The notes under the pieces are model-generated. The model made no database searches. It was not told where the DNA came from and saw only the letters and a program-made list of their open reading frames with translations. A stretch of DNA of 32,622 nt. It comes from Phoronis australis. Lineage: Eukaryota > Animalia > Phoronida. Below, piece after piece: positions 23,785-32,622 of the stretch; the first letter of the stretch is position 1, and each line of letters starts with the position of its first letter. The translations under genes and the position numbers were made by a program. The DNA lies in the NCBI GenBank assembly GCA_002633005.1, contig NMRA01000036.1:986488-1019109 (forward strand), written 5' to 3'.

Positions 23785-23887
23785 CTTAATGATGAATCCA
23801 ACAAACTCCTTTCTGAATGGTAGGCGCACTTTCAGAAACCAGACAGCAATAACATAATGAGCCAAGGAAACGGTGTAATGACTGAAC
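23785..23887 (-). CDS. TSC2: TSC2 exon (103 bp, phase 2-0): (K)[34 protein letters not shown]
   Basis: Acceptor tttttgtcttcag and donor gtaaga. Matches human [34 protein letters not shown]. Confidence 0.96.
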
Positions 23888-24113
23888 CTGAAGACAAAAA
23901 TCTGTTTTGTTAAGAGGAAGAAAGGACACCCAAATCAGAAAATCTGTTGAATGAGGTCATATCAGATGGAAGCAGACAAAAGTGATTACTATGACAAGTG
24001 GTTGCTATGACTGATTAAAGCATCTCTATAAACTCACATTCCTCTTGATTTTGGCCACTCACCACAGTTGGTCTCAAGTAGTCCCTTACTCAGATGAGAA
24101 GTGGTTTCTGGGT

Positions 24114-24414
24114 TTGCAAAGTACTGACTGTTCATTATACCTTGAGACTATAGTTGGTGCAAAGTACTGACTTCATTATACCTTGAGACTATAGTTGGTG
24201 CAAAGTACTGACTGTTTATTATACCTTGAGACTATAGTTGGTGCAAAGTACTGACTGTTCATTATACCTTGAGACTATAGTTGGTGCAAAGTACTGACTG
24301 TTCATTATACCTTGAGACTACAGTTGGTGCAAAGTACTGACTTCATTATACCTTGAGACTATAGTTTGTGCAAAGTACTGACTGTTCATTATACCTTGAG
24401 ACTATAGTTGGTGT
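24114..24414. repeat. Minisatellite, 7 units of 43/41 bp (gtgcaaagtactgactgttcattataccttgagactatagttg)
   Basis: Unit starts at 24114, 24157, 24198, 24241, 24284, 24327 and 24368, head-to-tail with no spacers. Confidence 0.97.
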
Positions 24415-24872
24415 AAAAAACACCATAACAACCAATTTGCAGAATGTGGTCTCACACACTAACAAACTGTCAGTTCTTTATCACCTCTAATTAACACTAA
24501 GGAGCAATTTCAGACCAATTTTATAATGGTAAGTGGTCTACATGAAAGGCATGTTAATTGCCGCTTTAACCAAATAACACAACTTGAATCACATGCAGGA
24601 GTGGTGTGGATGTTAATGGATCACTTAGAACATCCAAGTGATCACTATCCATGTCAGTGGGCAAATTGAAAAAATAATAACTGAGTCAGAGCAACTTCTC
24701 CATTTAAGTTAACAAATTGAGCGATGATGATCAGCTTCTGAGCATGCGTCTGTTTTTAACCATGAATAGCAAAAGCTTGATGTTTATGATGAAAAGCACA
24801 TTATACCAAAACTATCAACTTTAAATGTAATAAACGTTTAAACTAATAGGTGATCCATGACTGACAACTTGC

Positions 24873-24966
24873 TTGAAGGGATTGGTGTACGGAAGGGCAA
24901 TGGCAAACACACTTCGGTACTGGTCTTCAACGAAGTTGGTATACAAGTTTGGAATGCGAATTAAAT
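24873..24966 (-). CDS. TSC2: TSC2 exon (94 bp, phase 1-2): (N)[30 protein letters not shown](K); ends at a GC donor
   Basis: Acceptor ggtttcag and donor AA|gcaagt. Matches human [31 protein letters not shown]. Not present in the ORF track. Confidence 0.94.
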
Positions 24967-26806
24967 CTGAAACCATAAGTAAGAAAATATTAAAATGTAA
25001 TACAAACCATCAATTTAATTGTTTAATTAGCGTGACAAAAACCAAAACATGACATAAATATTTTATTATCAAGAAAACATTTTCGAATACCTATTACGGT
25101 CTAAAGATCGGTTCAGCTCCCTTTACTTTTCATCCAAGGAGTTTCATGTTACCTTTCTGCAGCCATTTTAATAGCATTCAGAAAATCACTCAACCAGTTA
25201 CAAACAATAAGCAAAAGCATGCTAAAGCCTAGGTACACTGAAAACACACAGATGAAGAAAAAAGTAATTTTAAAAACATTTTTTCCCCAGACAATAAGAT
25301 ATGGAAAGGTTAGTCTGAGGTTGGATGCCTCAAATCCTCAGATCGAGCCTTTACAAAACAGACAGACTAAAACAATAAGTATTCAATATATAAACTTAAA
25401 GATTAATAAAACAGGGAAAAGGGGACGGGGGGGGGGGGAGGACTTACATGCACCTTTCATAAACACATTCACAATGTGCTTAAGTAATGAAAGAGCTAAC
25501 AGGCTTAACTACAATTCAATGATGGAAATATCAATATAGGCACATACTCAAAGTTAACATTTTTACAAAGATGGTAAAACCGATAAGAAAATTCTTACCG
25601 CATGCATAACATCGTGTAACAACAATTATGTACTAATATCCGGTCAACATTAACAAAAAATAATAACAACGGTTGATCTCTGTACATTTCAAGGATACTT
25701 TGTGTACAGACCTCTCCATTTATCCACATTTCAATCTGAGCAATTTTAGATGAATGTTCATGCAACAGACTTTGGCCAAGTCAGACAAAAAAAGTTCACT
25801 AAACCTATCTTCACTTACTGTTCTTCAAGAAATTGAAAAACTTGTTACTGTAGAAACCATGTTTCAGGTTTATGATATATCTGGCACTTAACGATTGGAT
25901 TTCAGTCATTTTCTGGTTAAAAAGATTTTGACCAAATAATGTGGCTAACCAGTGGGTAGGTTATATCAGCTAAGAAAAGATTACTGAATCAGTGGAATTG
26001 CAGTTTAGAGCCATTAATATTCTAAGATTGTATACATCCTGACTCTGCCAGATCAGTATTCTTGAGTAAACTTTTTATCATGCCAAACAGAATGAGGAGG
26101 AAAAATGGATGTTCTTGCACAATAGTGGGAGAGTGTCGCAAAGACAAGGACAGGGACCAACTGTCGTAGAAAAGAATCTGGAAAACTGGGAAACTTGGTT
26201 ACCTTGTGGCCATTTCATTTTGTGTGTCATGTGTGATCACATGGCATGTGAAGTCTGCAAATTCCTCGACATGACTGCAACGCACCAATGCACAGGGATT
26301 TTTTGGCAGTTGATATGGGTCATGGAGTTTTGAGAGTGAATGATTTCTAAACCAATGAAATAATTTATTGCACGTGTCACTTTTCATGTGGTAAAATCAC
26401 GAATAGCTCAGCCACGTTCAGAGGCGGAAAAGTAACAAGATCAGATTTGTTGATTTAGCAATTTGTCGAAAGATTTTGAAACTGAGTATTAAAAAAATTT
26501 GGAGTTGAAAAGGGGATCAAGAAATATCGGCAAATATTTGATGAGTGATTTAAATTCCTTTAAAAAAGGTGCACCAATGGCACTATCTCACCATTTCGTG
26601 CCTTAGCCTGTTGTGAGTTGGGACTTCAAGGAGGCTTGTCAGCAAATTTATACTCAGTTATTTTTATCAATTTCTTACTTCTTTACATTCTGCTACAGGT
26701 GAACGAGAACTGTAAACGATATCAGAGATTCTGCACTAGTCACAAACTGGCGAATAACGTGACAGATGGTCAGTGAAGTGGTTAATTTGTTAACCTCAAA
26801 GCAAGC

Positions 26807-26860
26807 ACTAGTGTGATTGGAAATAGACTGCTTACTAGTGTGATTGGAAATAGACTGCTT
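26807..26860. repeat. Perfect 27-bp tandem duplication (actagtgtgattggaaatagactgctt x2)
   Basis: Read directly from the sequence. Confidence 0.95.
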
Positions 26861-27396
26861 ATCTGTCAATCGCCAATGAAGCGCGGGTGCAGTAACATCC
26901 CAATAAATTGGTGAAAATAGGTTTTTGTTTTTTTCTTACATCAGAATAGTTACGTAGTGCCTTATAGAATTGTGTAATAATTCTTTGCTAAATCCCAATT
27001 TTAAACAATTGAAAGATCAAACCAAATACACAAAAAAATTTCAAGAGTATAAAGTTGATTGAGAACTAACCGATCTTTAGACCTTATGTAACAAAGCAAT
27101 TTTATCATGCCGATTTTAAGTACCATGTACCAGTAATTTGATCATTGACAAAACAAAGATGCAAACTTCAAGTTATTGAAGTAATAAATGAACTAGTTTC
27201 AACATTTGGTCCTAAGAGTCATTGTGTGGAACTAGGAAATGCAAACAGGACATTAAAGAACAAAAACCAAAACATGAACCAAAACAACGGTTTTCACAAA
27301 TGGCAGTGCATGGGGCTTTAAAGGTAAAAAGTTCTAACAATAACAAAAACCTAAACAATGCAACTACACAGTAGATGCCAAACCATGTAAACGTAC

Positions 27397-27586
27397 TTGA
27401 CAGGAATTCCAGAATGGGCAGAGCCATAGCAATAGTGGCAGAGATCTGGGAAAGCTTGAGTAGCACAGAGGGCAGGAGTCGCATCATAACATCCTGCATC
27501 TCAAGACAGCAGACACGCAGAGCATTGACACACGTTTGTGGACACTTGGAGATCAGGCCAAATTCTAGGCAGCGCACAAGCTCTCT
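27397..27586 (-). CDS. TSC2: TSC2 exon (190 bp, phase 0-1): RELVRCLEFGLISKCPQTCVNALRVCCLEMQDVMMRLLPSVLLKLSQISATIAMALPILEFLS
   Basis: Acceptor ggttacag and donor gtacgt. Matches human REMVYCLEQGL...[20 protein letters not shown]. Confidence 0.96.
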
Positions 27587-28039
27587 CTGTAACCAATATG
27601 TTGGTAGACAAGAGTTGAGGCTAGAACTTCAAACAGCCAAAAATGAAGACCCAAATTTCACATCATCATTAATTGTGACCCATGAGATACCCAATTCCAA
27701 AAACAACTTAATATTTGTAATAAAGTGACTTAATTGTGCCTCACCATCACAGGTTGTACAAAATTAATTCATTTTAGGCTAACTTTTAACATTATTTCAA
27801 AACTGGACTTTCTTTCTGTGACCTTGAAAATAATATCAAAATCACTAAATTCCACTGGTGCCTAGAAACATCCCACTTGCAAATTGATACAAAAAGAGAC
27901 GAATGTCTCTTTCATTTGTAACTTTGGAAATGTCATTTTTTTAAGCGTGAAAGTGCTTTTCATATATGGGGGTGGGGAAAATTGGTGGCAACAACATGGG
28001 TGGGTGGAGGTGGAGAAAATCAGAGGCAAATGGCCAGAA

Positions 28040-29832
28040 AATTGGTGGTGCCTAAGTATCATAAAGTTTCATCAAAATCTGCCTTTTGGTTCTCTAGATA
28101 TTGTCCAGAAACACTCTTCCAAAAAAACAACAATTGCAAAACCCCTTGTCTTCAACTAAATGACCACTAGCAAGGCTCAACACTATGAAAATCGCCAGGT
28201 GTGACCTAGCCATAATCCAAGGTCACATTTTCAAAATTCAGCTCGCATACTCAGGTCGCAAAATTTTCCATTTTTACGTGGCAAAATTGATTTTTCAGAT
28301 CATTGAAAAAATGTTTAGTTTATGCTTTTATCTGCGGCGTACAAATTCCAGGTTGCAAAATTGAGTTCTTACATGCAGACAGGGCGTTACTGTTTTTCAA
28401 GACTGCCATCAAAAGGATCTAGAGCAAAAGGCTAGTTGCCGAAGTTAAAGTTCAATCAGTGCTCTCTAACCAACACGTGCATTTGAGTAGTTAAGTTTGC
28501 AATGTGAAAAGAGAGAAAATAGTCGTTGAAAAAGTATCTGCGATTTTGCTAGGTCTGACTGGCTATATGACTGACATCAAAGTCATTAAGATTCAAACTT
28601 GTCTAACTCTTGAGTGCAAACTCCCTCCATTTTTGTTTACAGCCCAAACTTTGCAACTGAACTTTTGACATTTGAAAAACATCCTGTAGACAAAAAAATT
28701 GTGAAATGTTGTCCTAGCCGAATGAGGTATTCGGATACACAGAAACAATTAGGAGCAAATTTCAAAATAAAATGTGTTCATGAACTCAACAATTACTTTT
28801 CCATGAAATGAAAAGCCTCGAATTAATACGGGTTTCCATCGGGTAATTCAAGTTTGCTCCTCAATACCTTCCACGTACGGGAAAAACAGGTCAATCACAA
28901 AACGACACCCATGACACTAAGTGTTAACTTTCTTTCGGAGGTATAAAAATAAAGCTGGGGTTTACTTTTTACATATTATTGAGAATTAAAAGACTTTTTT
29001 GAACATTCAATTTGTTGCTGTGTGAAATGAGTGACTCACTATATAGGCTGCGTGTCAGTTTCAAAACCATGGACGGTCGTTTTGTACTGGGGTATGATGG
29101 GCGCTAGCCTGAACTGTATATATTTTTGCATCACAAAGTTTGGTAAGTTGATCATTTAAGGATTAGTATAAACACCGATGTTTTGTGACGTTCTGTCACA
29201 TGTTATGCGTGGTCAGAAACTTTCTTCGGCATATTCCAAAAAATTTCAAATTAAAGTAGTCGAAAATTTTAGCCAATGAAATGCTTGATCGATTCTGCAT
29301 TAACCCATGTTCATGAGACATGCTTTCAAGTCATTAGCTGTTTTCAATTACCGTTTTTTTGAACTTGATTTGGCAACAACCAAATATCGGTTGGATTGAT
29401 TTCATCAAAGTTGCTTTATATTTGCCCGGTATCTGTCGAGACGTGCAAAAACTCAGCCCACATATGTTGGAAATTCCAAATCATATTTTGCGATTTAATA
29501 AGAGCTGGCAAATTATGTTGGCTAGCATTTCCACATTTCAGGTCGCAAATGTGACCTGCAGCTTGTTATGTTGAGCCTTGACCAGGAGGTGCTGCAATGG
29601 TAGAATCCGCAGGGAAATTTAAAGGTGGCGGCGAATTGATATCACATACCCTTGTGTCAAGTTGCATTGAAATACATCAATCCGTTCTCTACATATAACT
29701 TGCTAACTCTCTTCCCCAAAAATACAGACTCCAGGGATGGGGCAGATTGAAAAGTGGTATGAATCGTTCTAGTGATGCCCTACACCCTTGTGCTCAATTT
29801 AATCAAAATCTGACCAGAAAATTTTGAGAGTT
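28040..29832 (-). mobile_element. Fragment of the second HINE subfamily, split by a nested TIR element
   Basis: 29581-29830 aligns to 11480-11740 (attgatatcacatacc.ttgtgtcaagtt.cattgaaat; ggcagattgaaaagtg), and 28060-28170 aligns to the preceding unit. Confidence 0.65.
28171..29580. mobile_element. Non-autonomous hAT-like TIR element (1410 bp)
   Basis: Perfect 12-bp TIR caaggctcaaca...tgttgagccttg, subterminal (g)gtcgcaaa/gtgacct motifs at both ends, and flanks accactag / accaggag consistent with a decayed 8-bp TSD. Confidence 0.7.
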
Positions 29833-29889
29833 GTTGTGGTGTTGCTCCTGAGGCCCTTTAGCTATTGATGTCACTGGCTAATCTGTTAA

Positions 29890-30049
29890 AGCTGCATTTC
29901 ACCTTCTTTAGCTGGCTTAACACGAAAATCAGAGTTTATTGGGTTTGGCTCAGTCTGCAACACTTCAAGAACAAAAAGAATATTCAAAATGCTTCACTTA
30001 TTAAAAAATCAATTTAACAGTGACAGCTAAACAGCAGTAAAATGCAGCT
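29890..30049. mobile_element. Related Kolobok-like MITE, 160 bp
   Basis: ttaa|agctgcattt ... aaatgcagct|tgaa. Same TIR as 3818-4033 and a similar first ~45 bp. Confidence 0.55.
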
Positions 30050-30378
30050 TGAAGGTTGTGAGTGATCTGATCCAGAAGGCATTTACTAATAGCTAAATAT
30101 CTACAAAACTACAGAATTAAACAAAGTCCCAAATTTGATAGCTCCTCATGCGATATTGAGACATTTAAAAACAATTTCTGGAAGCAACTTGGAGAATAAT
30201 ACATCAATTACATAACTTCAATCAGATATTCCATTCCTGAGATATGATAGTCTGAAGTTAGCCAAATTTTGACTTTTTCTAGGGTCACACATAAGCTTAA
30301 TTTCATGAAATTGACAGAAACTTGGAAGACCATTACTGGATCATTACTGGTCTTCTGGTTTTAACAGACCAAACAAAC

Positions 30379-30519
30379 CTGTTTCTGACGGTCCAACTGC
30401 TGGTGGTATGATGCCATTGAGCCCAGCACAGGCAGAATGTATTTGTGGAAGTCAGAACGGGTAAAGTTGGTGGGTGTATTACACAAGCACTCCAAGACAC
30501 CAAGGTTGCGATCACTAAC
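30379..30519 (-). CDS. TSC2: TSC2/tuberin internal exon (first in window, 141 bp, phase 0-0): VSDRNLGVLECLCNTPTNFTRSDFHKYILPVLGSMASYHQQLDRQKQ
   Basis: Acceptor tttactcgcag and donor gtttgt. The peptide matches human tuberin ...[29 protein letters not shown] (recalled) and is in frame with the next exon. Confidence 0.93.
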
Positions 30520-32190
30520 CTGCGAGTAAAACAGCAGAGCAGACCTTAACTTCACTCAAAAATCTACAAAAGATTGACCACGAACTGCCAGTGAACTGAA
30601 GATGGCAATTTACAAGGCATATAGAGGGGATACTGCCAGAGATGACCTTTCAAGTTAAGGATAACTTCCAAAATTTCCTCTCAAGCAGCAATTTGTAGAC
30701 AAAAGAGGATACCACATGAGTGAGATTTTCAAAACAATTGAATGCAATTAGGCTAAATCATTATAAAACACAACAATGTCTTGTCCTTTCATCACAATTT
30801 ATGTTTCACCAGGACCTTCTGAAACTATGGCATCAATAGCTATGCACAGGTCAACACTGTGTAAAAGATGAAACAGGACACACTATAGATTGCATTTTTT
30901 CCTATTCAGGTACCACATGGGTACTTTTAGCACTTGAAATTTTTACTTAAATTATGCCCTTGGATCAATCAGTGTGCACCTATGGTTTCATTGCGTTGTT
31001 TGCTCCTTGGGAGTTGAGAAACATTAAGAGTTTTGATCAAGCCCACATTTCAGTAATAATTTTCGAAGTGCTTAGTAATTTATAGTGCTAAATGTAAATG
31101 TGGCCAAATTATTATTCTGTTTTTAAGGTTATCCCAGTCTAACTTGTATATAAAACAGGTTTTGTCAACTACTAAAAGTATATATTTTCTGAAAGAAAAA
31201 AGATCAGGGATTACAAAAATATATTTCATATTTCCGTGACATTAATATCATTACATTAACACATTGTTGAGTCAAAATTTCATTTTTAAGAAAAAAAAAC
31301 ATTCTGATCACTGCAAAATAAGGCCCCAGTTGATTTTAAAGAAACCTTAAATGAAAACTTCAAAAACGCTGTTAGAATTTTTTCGATTAGTCTCTTAGTT
31401 TGGATTCTATGACAAATCAACTCAGAAAATGCAGGGTATTTTTGTAAAACATAACAGTCATATTCGTTTTTGTTACAAAAATTAGGCCTTGATATCAAAA
31501 ATCCTAAAAGCATTTTTGAGATTGACGAATAAATATTAAGTGCAGAAAGTTCAAATTAGATCGATTTGTCTAAGCTGAGAAAAAGCCGATTAAGTTGGGA
31601 TACATGAAAATCTCAAGGTCTTCGGTTAACTATTCAGGGAAACCTAGTTTTTACTTAATATAACCTATTGCCTTAACCATATTCACTATACCAAAATTCA
31701 CTTGCAATGTCAACTGAATTTGCAGTGTGTAATTATCGCAAAAACATTAATTTTGTCATTGTCTCCAGTGCAATAAATGGGATCAACAGTTCATTCTAAT
31801 GCACACCACGTGCCAGGAAACTGATATGAAACCAAGTACGACATGGATAACAGAAATCGATTCGGTGGTTAAAGCACGTTGTGAGCATGAGATCGAAACA
31901 GCGAAATGTCAAATCACTGATCAAATTAAGGAATTTAGGTTTATCTCTTTTCACAACTTGCCGTGTTCGTGACCACAAAGTCAGAGGCTTGAGGCGACTC
32001 AAGAATTTGCTCTCAACGATCACATGCAATGCAGACGCACAACTCCCTCACGATCAAAACTATGCTTTGTCCTCATTTTCCCTGGCAGGAGTGGCTCTGT
32101 GCCTGGCCGGAGATTCAACTTGAGTGATTCCCCGTAACCTTTGCTCTCGGATAAGTAGTGACAAATTTCCATACGGTAGCACAGTTACTA

Positions 32191-32622
32191 CATAGGCGGA
32201 TTTAGGGGGGGGCCCAGGGGGCCCGGGCCCCCCCCCCCCCTTGGCTGCCGCAAAAAAAATAAAACAGCCCGAGCGTAGGGAAATGGTGAGTTTATTAATT
32301 AACCCTGCGATATCCAAGACGACCGGCAGTGGCGCTGCGCACTACGACTCCGTTTCCGTCGTCTGCTCCACTGTGCAATGAAGAAAATTTACTTCATTTT
32401 TTAAAGAAAATGGAACCTGAGTGACGATGAAAAAACAGAAGATGCTGGTAAGATGTGAATTTTAATCGAAGCCTTAGTGAATCACTCAGAAACTCGCAAT
32501 ACTCTCTTTGTCAAACCTTATCTTAAGACGATTTCCAAAGCAATCCCGTCATTATTGCCAACATGAAAAACGGATTTGGTCTTTTGGGCATTTGAAGACT
32601 ATTTTAAATACGACAAATTTGT
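32191..32622. mobile_element. Left end of a probable hAT-like non-autonomous element running out of the window
   Basis: cataggcggatttaggggggggccc...gggcccccccccccc G/C fold-back terminus followed by a gtcgtctgct motif. The partner TIR is not in the window. Confidence 0.45.

Noticed and set aside
24114-24414. CRISPR-like regularly spaced repeats
   Set aside because: Units are head-to-tail with no unique spacers, there are no cas genes, and the context is a eukaryotic intron.
27375-27728. 117-aa plus-strand ORF
   Set aside because: It is the antisense shadow of the TSC2 exon at 27397-27586.
31380-31530. Loose inverted symmetry (tcaactcagaaaatgc / gcatttttgagattga) suggesting a palindromic MITE
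   Set aside because: Too degenerate and AT-rich to define termini or a TSD by eye.

Overview
This is eukaryotic (invertebrate animal, probably bilaterian) genomic DNA, not prokaryotic. The window lies inside a minus-strand TSC2/tuberin gene. Eleven internal coding exons between 30519 and 3119 splice in frame to 2094 nt (698 codons), using canonical GT-AG sites except for one required GC donor; the start and the C-terminal GAP exons lie outside the window. Introns are filled with transposon-derived DNA: four co-oriented copies of a DINE-1/HINE-like (Helentron-associated) element with internal ~145-bp tandem units, two diverged relatives, a decayed DD37D (maT-type) Tc1/mariner element, an AT-flanked ISL2EU-like element with a THAP remnant, hAT-like and TTAA-flanked MITEs, and a 43-bp minisatellite. 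The most notable signals are: (1) nearly every HINE unit carries a match to the CTCF core consensus, giving about 30 co-oriented sites; (2) a perfect 85-bp palindrome grown from one HINE terminal hairpin, apparently by template switching; (3) a possible split Cys metal site in this TSC2; (4) a GC-AG intron. Most ORFs in the supplied track are spurious. All family assignments come from recalled motifs and were not checked against databases.
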